A stretch of 44,753 nt of DNA from Bdellovibrionales bacterium (GCA_031416685.1 JANOUF010000095.1:1-44753), one strand, 5' to 3'. Numbered from the stretch's first letter, positions 1 to 9,757 are shown. The notes: generated by a model from the sequence alone, not told the origin. A program made the numbers and translations.

Positions 1-192
1 CGATAACACCAAGCTATTATGCAGAAGCTGTAACCAGCGAAGCGCAATCGAACAGTTTGGTTTGCAGAAAATGAGGAGGTTCATTCGTGAACGAAGCGTT
101 CTGTATTTAACTCGATGATTAAATTGAGAATCAGAGAAGAGCAGTTTTGAGAGATTAAGGTTCCGGCCGCAAGTTAAAGCCGACGCTTCCAA

Positions 193-220
193 ACAAAAAA
201 GCCGGTCACGATGGACCGGC
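193..220 (-). terminator. Rho-independent terminator of the 250..1119 OMP gene
   Basis: On the minus strand, GCCGGTC (214-220) pairs with GACCGGC (201-207) around a 6-nt loop. A T6 run follows (A195-A200 on the + strand). The hairpin lies ~30 nt past the stop codon. Confidence 0.8.
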
Positions 221-249
221 TTTCGAGAGAAAAAGTTCCGAACTTATAA

Positions 250-1119
250 TTACATGTTCATACGAAGAGCAACGCCGAGGTTCAGCTCAGTCGTGTCGTT
301 TGCGCCCGTTGCATCTGGATCATGAGAGATCCACTGAAGCATTGGGATAGCAGTCATGCCATCGCCGACCATCATTGGAGCGTAAACGTTCACGCCCATA
401 GCAGTTTCTTCGTCAGTGTTCGTAGTGGTTCCTGACTTAGTGTTGCCAGTCATGCCGTAAGTAAGAGCGACACCAACTGAATTTTCCGCCGACCAGTCGT
501 ATTCGTAGAATGCTGCCAAACCAGTAGAGTGGCCGTCTTCAGTTTTTGACGTAGTAGCTGGCGTAGACGTGTTGTCTTTTGTCGTGCGTTCGCCTCTCCA
601 AGTGTAATTGACTTGTCCACCCAATACGCCCGGGCCAACTGGCATTTCGTAACCAACGTACGGGCTTAAGCTCATACCGCCAGTTTGCGCATTCAAATCA
701 CCGTTAGCTTTTTGTTCTGCATCGCCTAAGCTGAAACCGAGGTTCAAGCCATAAGCAAGGTGACCATGTGCCGCGCCCATTTCGTTGCTTCCGCGAACAA
801 AAAGGGTCATGTCTTGAAGACCTGCAACATCAATTTTAGTGCTGCCTTGCTCAGCTTCGCCCATCAGGTAGCCGATTTCGGCGCCTGCAGACAATCGCTC
901 GCCAACGCCCCATTCACCTTCAACGCCGAAATCAAAACCACTGGTCTTAATTGAGCCGCCGGTCGCATCTTGATTACTAGTGTTGTACATGATGCTCGGA
1001 GTGAGCTGTTTTTGACCAGCCATCGCATGCTGATGGAATTCCGAAATATCCGCGTTGTCCGCTGCTGTTGCAACGTTAGCTGCAAGAAGAATTGCTGCTA
1101 CTGTAAAAACTGACTTCAT
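250..1119 (-). CDS. Outer-membrane beta-barrel protein, family unknown
   Basis: 289-aa ORF with signal peptide MKSVFTVAAILLAANVATA. It is Gly/Thr/Tyr-rich with alternating beta-strand-like segments. SD AAGGAG (rc of 1127-1132) lies 7 nt upstream of the ATG. Confidence 0.75.
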   Translation of the reverse strand: MKSVFTVAAILLAANVATAADNADISEFHQHAMAGQKQLTPSIMYNTSNQDATGGSIKTSGFDFGVEGEWGVGERLSAGAEIGYLMGEAEQGSTKIDVAGLQDMTLFVRGSNEMGAAHGHLAYGLNLGFSLGDAEQKANGDLNAQTGGMSLSPYVGYEMPVGPGVLGGQVNYTWRGERTTKDNTSTPATTSKTEDGHSTGLAAFYEYDWSAENSVGVALTYGMTGNTKSGTTTNTDEETAMGVNVYAPMMVGDGMTAIPMLQWISHDPDATGANDTTELNLGVALRMNM

Positions 1120-1248
1120 CTATTGTCTCCTTATTACGGATCATCACTGACCACGTAAATGTTGATTATCACTTCTGGTAAAAATGGTCGCAATGATGGG
1201 CACATCTGTAAAGCGAATAAAGTGCCTCTTGCGTAGGCAAATCCTCTA

Positions 1249-3165
1249 TCAAAAAGGCTTTGCGATCATCGCCCGGAGACTCTTGAGTGAAAACGGCTTG
1301 TAAATAACAGGCTGTTTTACGGTATCAATGAACTCTTGAGCTGCCGCACTCATTGCTCCGCCTGTGATAAACACAAATCGCTTGGCCAAATCAGGAAATT
1401 CCTCTCGAACGCGCTCAAAGAGCTCCATCCCGTTCATAACAGGCATCATCAGATCACAAATCACAATATCGAGGTGCGGCCCGAGTTCTTTGAGTATGCG
1501 AAGTGCGGCTTCGCCATTCTCGGCAGCATGAATAGTGTGCTGTTCTTGCAACGCTGAGCGAACCATCTCGAGGATCGCTCGTTCATCATCGATGAAGAGA
1601 ATTATCTTGTGTGTCTTTTCCGCCGCAGTGGAATCAGACGCTTCTTTTTCAGCGGTAAGCTGCGGTGCAGGCGGAAAAGTAACGGTGAAATTAGTTGCAA
1701 CACCCGGTTCACTCACAACTTCGATCTCGCCTTGAAACCTCTGGACAAGGTTGTAGCAGATCGAAAGGCCGAGACCGGTTCCGGTACCAACAGCTTTTGT
1801 CGTGAAAAAAGGTTCGAAAATTCGCGATTGGATTTCTTTTGGAATGCCAATTCCGTTATCGATGACTTCAATTTTAGCGCGGCCTCGTGAATCTTTGCTC
1901 GTTCGGACTTCAAGTTGATTTTTATCGCGAGTTTCGACGGGCATCGCTTGAATCGCGTTAATCATTAAATTGAGGAACACTTGTGTGAGGCGACCTTCGT
2001 TGGCGTAGACGAGTGGTGTTTCTCGGAAGTCGACATAGAGGCTGCCACGTTGTTTAAGTTCGGAATTAATCATCGGGAAGGCGGATTCAAAAATTTTTCT
2101 AACGTCTAAAAGTTCCATGCGTTCGTCCGACGTGCGTGAAAACGCGCGAAGATCTTTTACGATTTCAGCAATGCGGCTCGCACTTCGAACGAGTGGATCA
2201 AGTCGCGATTTTATATCGCTTAAAGGTTCAAGTGGAGGTTTTTCTTGAGCGAGTTGATCGTTGATGATTTCGAGGCCAAATACCAGATGCGTGAGTGGAT
2301 TGTTAATTTCGTGTGCGACTCCCGCAGCAAGAGTTCCGACGATCGACATGCGATCGGCATGAAGAAGTCGTTCTTCAACGCGCTTTCTCTCAGTTACATC
2401 ACGTGCGCAAATCACTCGTACTGAGCCATCGTTCATCGGTTGAAGCCGGTGAAAAATCTCAACGTAGTTCCCATTTTTTAATTCAAGTTGAGGAAAATAA
2501 GATCGTCTGCCTTCCAGCGCCTCATCTTGGTGTTTGAGAAAACGCTCTGGTTCAATCAATTGACTCAAGATGTGCGCGAGAACGCCATCAGCGGCTGTTG
2601 AATCACCTATCGACGGAGGAGGACCGAAAATTTCATCGAAACGTTTGTTGCGAGCGAGTATCTCGTTTTTATCGCTGATGACCAAAACGCCATCGGGCAC
2701 CGCTTCGACAATTGTATGCAAAACGGTCATCGTTCGTTTGTAATCGCTTACGTTGGAAAATGTAGAGATGATGCTTTCAACTTCGCCGTTTGGCCCGACC
2801 ACGGGAGACCCGGAAATTAAAATCTGGATGCGATGCCCCTTTTTGGAAATGAGCTCGACTTCGTACGATGACGATCCACCGCCGCGGCGAAGTTCAAGTT
2901 GTTTTTTTAGGAGGGCACGACTGTTTTCAGAAAAGTAAGGCCACATATTGGGAATATTCAATTCGTCGATGGAGTCGACTTCCATCCAGCGTAGAATTGT
3001 CGGATTTGCATAGAGCACAACCAGATCCAACGTTGCGTGAACAACACCGACATTGTTTTGGGTGGTGAGCGCATGAAATAGGCGATCACTCTGCATGGGT
3101 TGATCGTTAGTAGTGTTGAGATTCACAGTCTTGGGAGTATAGCGATGCAAAATTGGTAGGCACAA
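1249..3165 (-). CDS. Hybrid sensor histidine kinase (PAS - PAS - HisKA - HATPase_c - receiver)
   Basis: H-box [10 protein letters not shown] and G-boxes IDNGIGIP and [10 protein letters not shown] are present. The C-terminal receiver reads ILFIDDE...DLMMPVMNG...KP. The track start at 3165 is a TTG; the ATG at 3096 (MQSDRLF) is an equally plausible start. Confidence 0.9.
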   Translation of the reverse strand: MCLPILHRYTPKTVNLNTTNDQPMQSDRLFHALTTQNNVGVVHATLDLVVLYANPTILRWMEVDSIDELNIPNMWPYFSENSRALLKKQLELRRGGGSSSYEVELISKKGHRIQILISGSPVVGPNGEVESIISTFSNVSDYKRTMTVLHTIVEAVPDGVLVISDKNEILARNKRFDEIFGPPPSIGDSTAADGVLAHILSQLIEPERFLKHQDEALEGRRSYFPQLELKNGNYVEIFHRLQPMNDGSVRVICARDVTERKRVEERLLHADRMSIVGTLAAGVAHEINNPLTHLVFGLEIINDQLAQEKPPLEPLSDIKSRLDPLVRSASRIAEIVKDLRAFSRTSDERMELLDVRKIFESAFPMINSELKQRGSLYVDFRETPLVYANEGRLTQVFLNLMINAIQAMPVETRDKNQLEVRTSKDSRGRAKIEVIDNGIGIPKEIQSRIFEPFFTTKAVGTGTGLGLSICYNLVQRFQGEIEVVSEPGVATNFTVTFPPAPQLTAEKEASDSTAAEKTHKIILFIDDERAILEMVRSALQEQHTIHAAENGEAALRILKELGPHLDIVICDLMMPVMNGMELFERVREEFPDLAKRFVFITGGAMSAAAQEFIDTVKQPVIYKPFSLKSLRAMIAKPF

Positions 3166-3210
3166 TCATTTCGAGGGCAATTTAGTGGATTTTCATGCTG
3201 CGGCCTTAAA

Positions 3211-3237
3211 TGTAAAAGCAGGAGGGTAAGCTCCTGC
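3211..3237 (-). terminator. Probable rho-independent terminator after the 3252..3530 gene
   Basis: On the minus strand, GCAGGAG (3231-3237) pairs with CTCCTGC (3218-3224) around a 6-nt loop. The tail is TTTTACA, so the T-run is only 4 nt. Confidence 0.55.
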
Positions 3238-3251
3238 CTTAAAAACGGTAT

Positions 3252-3530
3252 TTAGCCCAAGCCTTCGGGGGTATCGAGTCCTTCGGCGTCTTTTGCTGCC
3301 GAGTGATTGTCGAGGTTCCGGTTTGATCCTTCTTGGCGAATATCAATTTTGCGATCGGCTTTCGGGGCCGGATTATCGTCATCGAGATCTTCTAAACTGA
3401 TGTCTCGTTCATTTTGTTGCCCAAAGTTCGGTGGAAATTCCATTTTGCCATTCAATTCCTGACCGACTTGCGAGCCAGCTGGCTGATTGGCATTGATATG
3501 AGCTTTATAATTGGTGGGATTGTCGTTCAT
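3252..3530 (-). CDS. Small hydrophilic acidic protein, predicted disordered, function unknown
   Basis: 92-aa ORF with a strong SD AAGGAGG (rc of 3539-3545), 8 nt upstream of the ATG. It has no hydrophobic segment and is rich in D, E, N, P and G. Confidence 0.6.
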   Translation of the reverse strand: MNDNPTNYKAHINANQPAGSQVGQELNGKMEFPPNFGQQNERDISLEDLDDDNPAPKADRKIDIRQEGSNRNLDNHSAAKDAEGLDTPEGLG

Positions 3531-3669
3531 CGATAAGATCCTCCTTTGACTTCAGGATACCGCGGGCGCAAAGTGAATTCTTGTAGGATTAAACAACGAA
3601 AGCACACGTCCCAGCTCGACGGCGCGGTGGTAAAAACGATCGTAATTGTTCCACGAGCGGAGGACGAAA

Positions 3670-3957
3670 ATGGCTGAAGTTGAGAATCCACAAAATCCAA
3701 ATCTTTATAGCGTCGGCTCTGGAGGAGATTTGAACAAAGAACCACGTTCGGATCGCGATATTGAAAATGATATTCTTGAAGCAATCGACAACACGGATGA
3801 TCTGCAAGGTTCAGATCTCGACATCGTTGTTGAAAACGGTGTAGCGCGCCTTCTCGGCACAGCCGACAGCCCGCAAGCTAAAACGCTGTTCCAAGATATC
3901 GTGCAGAACATCCCAGGCGTCCGCTCCGTCGAAAACGCCGTCGAAGTCGAAGCCTAA
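3670..3957 (+). CDS. Single-BON-domain protein (OsmY-like small stress protein)
   Basis: BON-type pattern LDIVVENGVARLLGTADSPQAKTLFQDIVQNIPGVRSVENAVEV. SD GGAGGA (3659-3664) precedes the ATG at 3670. The track ORF begins earlier, at TTG 3646. Confidence 0.75.
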   Translation: MAEVENPQNPNLYSVGSGGDLNKEPRSDRDIENDILEAIDNTDDLQGSDLDIVVENGVARLLGTADSPQAKTLFQDIVQNIPGVRSVENAVEVEA

Positions 3958-3962
3958 CCCCC

Positions 3963-4150
3963 AAAAGGTGTCAGGCTCCCTTTTCGGAAGTGGTGCGTTA
4001 ACTTCTTCAAACTCTTGAAATATTTTAACAATAGACGTTGCCGGATGCTCCATGAGTGAATCCGGTAATACGCAGTTTACCTCAATAGAAATCCTTAGAG
4101 TTTTAGTGTCTTTAACTCGTCGCTTCCGAAAAGGGAGCCTGACACCTTTT
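3963..4150. repeat. Perfect 28-bp inverted repeat flanking a 132-bp spacer
   Basis: AAAAGGTGTCAGGCTCCCTTTTCGGAAG at 3963-3990 is the exact reverse complement of 4123-4150. A partial inner extension pairs GTTAA with TTAAC. An inner hairpin pairs CCGGAT (4041-4046) with ATCCGG (4060-4065). The right arm overlaps the stop codon of the 4149..5342 CDS. Confidence 0.95.
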
Positions 4151-5342
4151 AGGCGGCGTGGGGGTGGGCGGATTTGCGGGGGAGGGTGAGGAGGAACGAC
4201 GTGTTGGGGTTGGTGTCGTCGTACTCGAGTGAGCCGCTGTGGGAGAGGGCGATATTGCGGGAGATGCTGAGTCCCAGGCCTGTGCCGTGACCGACTTCTT
4301 TTGTCGTGTAAAACGGTTGGAAAAGTTTCTGACGAATTTTTGGCACGATCCCGTTGCCACTATCGGTGACGCGAATTCGAAGCTGACTTTCATCCATTTG
4401 AATATCCAGGTGAACCCAGCGCATACGAGTCGCGTCGCGAACGGCATCGAAGCTGTTGTTCAAAAGATTCAATAGAATTTGCGAAATTTGAACCGGCCGG
4501 CACTGAAGGCCGACAGTTTGTTCAAGTCCAGTCACACGAAGTTGAACGCGATGGAACGCAAACTTCTCGCTACAAAGCTCAAGTGTTTCTTCAACAATTG
4601 TATTCAAAGTCGCTGACTCAAACGGGTCGTTCTCGCCATCACGGCCAAAAGAACGAAGCGCTTTCACGATGCGGCTGATGCGCATAACCGTGTGATGAAT
4701 TTTTTCCGCGCACTGTTTCACCAGCGTCGCATTAATTCGGCCCGTAGCCGCCATGTCGTTTAACTGTTCGGTACGGGTCAAGATGATCATCAGCGGATTG
4801 TTAATCTCGTGCGCGACTCCAGAAGCCATTTCACCAAGAGTCGACATTTTTGACGACATCGCGGCTTTCGCTCGCTGTTCTTCGAGGACGGCTTCCAAAT
4901 GTTTTTTCTCAGTCACGTCGCGGAAGAAAAGCGAAACCCCTTCAGAGAATGGATAGGTACGAATTTCAAACCAAGAAGCTTGGAATGATTCAAGCGATTC
5001 AGTCGGAATGCGATCTTGCATCGCTTTACGAACCGATTCGAAAAAAGCCGTATTCTTTGTTTCAGGAAAAAGGTCGTAAAAATTTTTGCCGAGGCAATCG
5101 CTGTTAGAAGCTCCGATGTAGCGGAGTCCCTCGGGATTAATATATGTGATTCGATACTCGTGATCGAGAGTCACAAACCCTTCACGCAAGCTGCTCAATA
5201 TTTCACGGTATCGCGTATTCAGAACTTTGTACGCCTGCTCACTTGCTTCAAGTTCCTTCGCCTTGTTCTTTCGGTCGATTAACAAAACGGCGAGCAAACC
5301 GACGCAAGCTGCGAATGTGATTAGGAATGCTGCAGACGACAT
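4149..5342 (-). CDS. Membrane-anchored PAS sensor histidine kinase
   Basis: N-terminal TM segment AAFLITFAACVGLLAVLLI, then a PAS region, H-box [10 protein letters not shown], and ATPase boxes LLNLLNNSFDA, DSGNGI and [10 protein letters not shown]. There is no receiver domain. Confidence 0.9.
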   Translation of the reverse strand: MSSAAFLITFAACVGLLAVLLIDRKNKAKELEASEQAYKVLNTRYREILSSLREGFVTLDHEYRITYINPEGLRYIGASNSDCLGKNFYDLFPETKNTAFFESVRKAMQDRIPTESLESFQASWFEIRTYPFSEGVSLFFRDVTEKKHLEAVLEEQRAKAAMSSKMSTLGEMASGVAHEINNPLMIILTRTEQLNDMAATGRINATLVKQCAEKIHHTVMRISRIVKALRSFGRDGENDPFESATLNTIVEETLELCSEKFAFHRVQLRVTGLEQTVGLQCRPVQISQILLNLLNNSFDAVRDATRMRWVHLDIQMDESQLRIRVTDSGNGIVPKIRQKLFQPFYTTKEVGHGTGLGLSISRNIALSHSGSLEYDDTNPNTSFLLTLPRKSAHPHAA

Positions 5343-5424
5343 ATATCTTTATCGGAAATTAACCTAAATATGTTACGGCCAGTTCGTCTAGGCAGGGTCG
5401 GGTTTTCGGAAGCTAGACCTCTCT

Positions 5425-5952
5425 CTAGCGAAGATACTGATCGCATAGATAACGGAGATACATCTCGAGCTCCCGCACCTCAGCCGGGCTACCGCGAAAG
5501 CATTCCGTGTTCGCCTTCCCGCTGTAGAGATCAACGGAACCACCAGCCGCTTTCGAGATACGAATACTTGTTCCTGTCAATTGAGTCGCGGATTGCTCGC
5601 AAGACCGGGTCCTAATTTCCCTTTGTGAAATCACTCTGAGACGCGCATCTAGTTCAGAGAATTCTTCGAGCGACAGTCGGCCCTTAAATTGCCCGTTAAA
5701 TTGCCTTTGGCTATTTGATGCAAAAAACGTAGATGTACGCTTTACCGTGAAGATAACGTTTTCACCGTTATCAACATAAACTAATTTCACCCAATCAATT
5801 GCAGGTTCAAGCGGAGCATTTAGAGGTGAATCGCCCTGCGAGGTCGGCATTGGATCGAAGGCTGTCGGAATCGGATAAGTATCTCGAGTCGGACCACACC
5901 CACACAAGGTCGCTTGAATTAGGCAGATACTAAGCAGGACATCTATGCGCAT
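5425..5952 (-). CDS. Hypothetical lipoprotein
   Basis: Lipobox-like signal MRIDVLLSICLIQATLCGCG when started at the internal ATG 5952. The track ORF extends to 6000. I recognised no family motif. Confidence 0.6.
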   Translation of the reverse strand: MRIDVLLSICLIQATLCGCGPTRDTYPIPTAFDPMPTSQGDSPLNAPLEPAIDWVKLVYVDNGENVIFTVKRTSTFFASNSQRQFNGQFKGRLSLEEFSELDARLRVISQREIRTRSCEQSATQLTGTSIRISKAAGGSVDLYSGKANTECFRGSPAEVRELEMYLRYLCDQYLR

Positions 5953-6049
5953 TCGGCTCCTATCCTTAAGCCACATGCGATGAGTATAAAGTCGGATCAA
6001 TGAGAAGAGCTTGTCTGACGTTTAGTGAATTCGTGTCGTAGTTACAAAA

Positions 6050-7000
6050 CTAGTACTCTATGGCCACACCGTACACGCCTTCGACAACCTCTTTCATACG
6101 TTTGTAGTCGAGCGTCTGGGGCACATCACCCGTAGAGTGATAGTTTGGATTTCGATAAAAAGCGGTGTCCGTCAACATCAGCGCCGGATAGCCGACGTCC
6201 CAATAACTTCGGTGATCGGAAAGCTCAACTCCAGGCAACGATCTCGGCGCGGTAATCGCTTGCACGTCGACGTGAGAGTGCTTTCGCATCAATTCTTTCA
6301 CTCGTTGCACCTCGTATGCTGAACGTAAATCGCCGACGACTCCGATAAAATTCCCTACTGTTGGATAAATATATCGCAAGGCTTGTGTTGGAAAAGTTTG
6401 GGATTCCGGTTCATCACGAAAATAGCCAATCATCTCCAGACTCATCATCAGATGCACTTTTACGTTTAAGTTGTGCAAGCTTGAAGCGTGAATGTAGCTT
6501 CCCATTTCCTGAGTGCCAAAAAACGGTGGCTCTTCCAAGCAGTATGCAACGAGATCAATACGCCGATCGAGCTTAGGTTTTCGCACGCGAAAGATTCTCG
6601 CAAGCTCTAACAGCCCAGCAACACCACTTGCATTATCGTCTGCGCCCTGGAATAAGCCCGCCACATCGTAGTGCGCGCCAATAATAATTCGTGGAGCCTT
6701 CATCGGACCGTAAGAGGCGATCACATTTTTGAAAGTGCGATTGTCTGCAGTAAATGGCTGGTGAACCGCGCGGTAGCCAAGCTTACGAAAGTTTTGCGTA
6801 ATGTAGCTACAAGCTTCTTCAATTCCCGCAATGCTTTTGTAGTGGCGGGGTTCCGAAAGACTGCAAAGTGCTTCAACATGCTCCCGCAAATGATCTTCAA
6901 TCACTGGATTCGAGAATGCTGACGGCAAGCTATTTTTCGATTTATAGGTCGAGAAATTGTGAGTCGGTTTGCTTTGATTCTTAAACCAGTTGAGGCGCAT
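6050..7000 (-). CDS. M28-family zinc peptidase (aminopeptidase-like)
   Basis: M28 metal-ligand motifs occur in the expected order: GAHYD, DDNASGVAGLLELAR, CLEEPPF, and a late HSTGD. Confidence 0.8.
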   Translation of the reverse strand: MRLNWFKNQSKPTHNFSTYKSKNSLPSAFSNPVIEDHLREHVEALCSLSEPRHYKSIAGIEEACSYITQNFRKLGYRAVHQPFTADNRTFKNVIASYGPMKAPRIIIGAHYDVAGLFQGADDNASGVAGLLELARIFRVRKPKLDRRIDLVAYCLEEPPFFGTQEMGSYIHASSLHNLNVKVHLMMSLEMIGYFRDEPESQTFPTQALRYIYPTVGNFIGVVGDLRSAYEVQRVKELMRKHSHVDVQAITAPRSLPGVELSDHRSYWDVGYPALMLTDTAFYRNPNYHSTGDVPQTLDYKRMKEVVEGVYGVAIEY

Positions 7001-7284
7001 TTAATCATGATGAAGCGCTAACCGGATTTTTTCATGTTCATGGCGTTACGACTATGTCGCATCGTCTAGACAAAATCCACGAAGCAGAAATGCGCTTAAG
7101 TGAAGCGCAACATCTACTTTACACTGACAGTTAGGCTGTGCACTGGGCAACTTCTGCCGACACTCTTTTGAGTTTCCGGCCTTAGGGCGCGAGAGAAAAT
7201 TTTAATCTTTGGGTTTCCCTCCACTCAGCGGAAAATAGAATCTTACGTGAAAAAAACAAATGTTCGTGCGACCAGGAGGGAAGC

Positions 7285-8721
7285 ATGAGGGCGATGGTGG
7301 CATTGTCACTGATTTGTCTCAGCAGCAGCTGTCAGTTCAAAGATCACTCTAAAGAGGTCGATAATAACCAAAAACTTTGTACGGTACCAGCCGACGTGTT
7401 CGGCCCAAATAGCAAAGTCCGTATCAGCTCAACAGCGGATGAACTTGAAGTCATTATCAAGAACACCTGCAGTAATCCTGGTAAAATCACTGAACTAATC
7501 GAGCTTGATCCAAATGCACTTGGTAAACCGGGCGTGCGTTCCTATTCGCTCAAGCTCCCCAGTGGAACCTTAGTTGATACTCTAAAAAAATGGGCGAAGG
7601 AAGACGAGTGCGTCGTCGGTATTTCTGAAGATGTTGTCATCGCAACTCAAGGTTTGCCGGGTGATCCAAAAGAAAGTCTGCAGAAATATCTGACTTACAT
7701 TAATGCGGGCGAAGCGTATCCGTCATTCTACGGTCCGCTCTCTTTTTTGCGTAAGCCCGTTGTGATTGCTGTCGTTGACAGCGGTCTTGAACTTACTCAC
7801 GAAGATGTAAAAGACATTTTATGGAAAAACGAAAAGGAGATAGAGGCAAATGGTATTGATGATGACGATAACGGTTATGTGGATGATGTTCATGGCTATA
7901 ATTTTGCGAAAGCAAATGGCAACCCGTCGAACTCAGTTGGCAAGAGTCATGGTACGCATGTCGCGGGGCTTGCAGCGTCGCAAGGATACAACAGAAAAGG
8001 CGGCTCAGGCGCGATGCCAAAAGGCGCGCTCCTTATGACTGTTAACGTATTCGGAGACCTCGATTACACGAAAGGTAGTAATACGGCTAACGGTGTTCGC
8101 TATGCTGCTGACAATGGCGCTGACGTTATTAACTTAAGTGTTGGTGGTGCGTTCAGCAACACCTTAAAATCTGCAATCGTCTACGCGATTCAAAAAGGCG
8201 CAACAGTTCTCGCTGCCGCGGGAAACTCAGGCAAATACTTGGGAACAGGCGGAACGACGCTTTCGCCCGCCATTTACGGATCAAGCCTTAACGGGCTACT
8301 CACAGTCGGCTCGGTGAGTGCAACAACCGGTGAGTGGAGTAGTTTCTCTAACTACTCCTCAACGAATGTTGAAATAGCAGCACCGGGTTCCGGGGGCATG
8401 TATGCGCCACTTCCAGAGAACACTTATGGCTACAAATCTGGAACGTCGATGGCGACACCAGTGACCGCAGGGGCAGCTGGGCTTGCAATTCAATTGATTC
8501 GAGCACACGGCTATAGCGCGACACCAGCACGCGTAGAACTCGCGCTTCGAACGTCGGCCACGTACCGCAGTGATCTGATAGGTAAGGTCACGCATGGGCG
8601 AGTGTTAGATCTCAAGCGTCTCGCGGATTATATCCACGAGGCTTATGAGTTTAGCGGAACTCCACCCGAGGCTGAGGCAACTCCGCCGCCTTCGTCCGAA
8701 ACAACCGTTCCGTGCCCCTGA
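7285..8721 (+). CDS. Secreted subtilisin-like serine protease (S8)
   Basis: Catalytic triad motifs VVDSGL (Asp), HGTHVAG (His) and GTSMATP (Ser). Signal/lipobox-like MRAMVALSLICLSSSC. SD AGGAGGG lies before the ATG. The C-terminal tail is Pro-rich. Confidence 0.92.
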   Translation: MRAMVALSLICLSSSCQFKDHSKEVDNNQKLCTVPADVFGPNSKVRISSTADELEVIIKNTCSNPGKITELIELDPNALGKPGVRSYSLKLPSGTLVDTLKKWAKEDECVVGISEDVVIATQGLPGDPKESLQKYLTYINAGEAYPSFYGPLSFLRKPVVIAVVDSGLELTHEDVKDILWKNEKEIEANGIDDDDNGYVDDVHGYNFAKANGNPSNSVGKSHGTHVAGLAASQGYNRKGGSGAMPKGALLMTVNVFGDLDYTKGSNTANGVRYAADNGADVINLSVGGAFSNTLKSAIVYAIQKGATVLAAAGNSGKYLGTGGTTLSPAIYGSSLNGLLTVGSVSATTGEWSSFSNYSSTNVEIAAPGSGGMYAPLPENTYGYKSGTSMATPVTAGAAGLAIQLIRAHGYSATPARVELALRTSATYRSDLIGKVTHGRVLDLKRLADYIHEAYEFSGTPPEAEATPPPSSETTVPCP

Positions 8722-9021
8722 TTATTTTTTAGTTACAGTCTCTTCGCGGAGAACTTTTCTGCAAAATAAAAATACTATGAGCGCAACGATCAAGAAATCG
8801 ATCGTCGCGCCAAGAACTCGACCGTACAAAATTCCGTTGTAACTGAGCTCGCGGATGTTATCCACATGCGCAGCTCTGAGTGCAGGCTGAAGAATCACCG
8901 GCACCAATAGGTCATTCACTACGCTCGAAACCCATTCGTTGAGTTTCCCACCGATGATGACGGCGATAGCTAGCCCGATGACTCCATAATGTCTCAAGAA
9001 TTCCATAAACTCGCGATACAT
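8722..9021 (-). CDS. mscL: Large-conductance mechanosensitive channel MscL
   Basis: MYREFMEFLRHYGVIGLAIAVIIGGKLNEWVSSVVNDLLVPVI matches the MscL TM1 pattern. TM2 reads LGATIDFLIVALIVFLF. SD AAGGAG lies 6 nt before ATG 9021. The track start at 9045 is a TTG. Confidence 0.8.
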   Translation of the reverse strand: MYREFMEFLRHYGVIGLAIAVIIGGKLNEWVSSVVNDLLVPVILQPALRAAHVDNIRELSYNGILYGRVLGATIDFLIVALIVFLFCRKVLREETVTKK

Positions 9022-9031
9022 GAACAACTCC

Positions 9032-9757
9032 TTAAAACTTTGCAACTAGGGCAGTAGTAAAAAAACTATCTGTTCGTTTGGTCGACGGTGGTACCAATGC
9101 AGATTGGTATTTTACGAGGTAACCAGTCTTTAGTGAAAAAATTCCGCTCAGTTGGCTTACGAGCGAAGGTTCGGCGTTTATTCGGTACGATTTGAAGTCG
9201 TCAAGCTTAGGAAGATACTCAACCCAGAATTTCATGGAAGCCGATTTCCCGAGCGCCTGATTGATCTCAGAATACAGACGCAAGAGATCCGTGCTTTGTG
9301 TGCCTTGAACATTTCGACTCATCGTTTGGGTGTTCCGGTAGCCGGCTTCAACAATCCACACGGTTGGTGTGGTTCGGGTGAGGTCATATTTGAGACCCAC
9401 GTCAGCGTTATTTCTTTGTACGTAGCCAGCATAAAAATCCGATTCAAGACCGTAGGAAACAAATGCACTCAAAGGCGACGGCGGAAAGCTTCGCTCTAAA
9501 CGAAGTGCTGTGTCCCAGTTTCTTGAACTTTCGACTCCGCTTGAAGTTGCGCGCAAATACCGACCCGTCCAAGTCACTTTGTTTTTGTGATCGATAATAT
9601 AGGAAGTCGTGTCTTTACCCGTAAAGGTTTCGCTCTTTGAGTTGCCTGAGACGGTTGCGATTCCAAGTTCGGATTCACTCGACCAAACTTTTGCCTCAAC
9701 TTGCGCTCGAACAGCTAGAGGTAAAAGAAATACGAGAATGACAATTAGCTTTTTCAT
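9032..9757 (-). CDS. DUF481 (YdiY-like) outer-membrane beta-barrel protein
   Basis: Signal peptide MKKLIVILVFLLPLAVRA. SGNSKSETFTG...TW and the C-terminal PPSTKRTDSFFTTALVAKF parallel E. coli YdiY (SGNTKSS...TW, ...HTDRRTTLSLGYSM). The protein ends in Phe. Confidence 0.65.
   Translation of the reverse strand: MKKLIVILVFLLPLAVRAQVEAKVWSSESELGIATVSGNSKSETFTGKDTTSYIIDHKNKVTWTGRYLRATSSGVESSRNWDTALRLERSFPPSPLSAFVSYGLESDFYAGYVQRNNADVGLKYDLTRTTPTVWIVEAGYRNTQTMSRNVQGTQSTDLLRLYSEINQALGKSASMKFWVEYLPKLDDFKSYRINAEPSLVSQLSGIFSLKTGYLVKYQSALVPPSTKRTDSFFTTALVAKF

Noticed and set aside
1-117. Frame-2 open reading frame running in from the left edge (…DNTKLLCRSCNQRSAIEQFGLQKMRRFIRERSVLYLTR*), possibly the 3' end of a + strand gene. 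It also contains small overlapping hairpins GTTCA-TTCG-TGAAC and GAACG-AAG-CGTTC.
   Set aside because: Only 38 codons are visible, with no recognisable motif and no way to test coding potential. The hairpins are only 5 bp. This is too weak to call.
3958-3971. The 14-mer CCCCCAAAAGGTGT next to the left inverted-repeat arm recurs at 43140-43153, hinting at a dispersed repeat family.
   Set aside because: A single shared 14-mer is within chance expectation for all pairwise comparisons in a ~45-kb window, and the similarity does not extend beyond 14 nt.
3811-4447. Track ORFs 3811..4053 (-) and 4112..4447 (-), which cross the inverted-repeat arms.
   Set aside because: Both are antisense to, or out of frame with, well-supported genes (the BON protein and the histidine kinase). 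Both have low-complexity, Arg/Ser/Pro-rich translations. They are shadow ORFs.
7001-7284. Sigma-70 promoters or an sRNA in the 284-bp divergent region between the M28 peptidase and the subtilisin, for example TAGAAT at about 7235.
   Set aside because: A good -10-like hexamer exists, but no acceptable -35 lies at 16-18 nt. No terminator-like structure defines an sRNA. The evidence is not strong enough to annotate.
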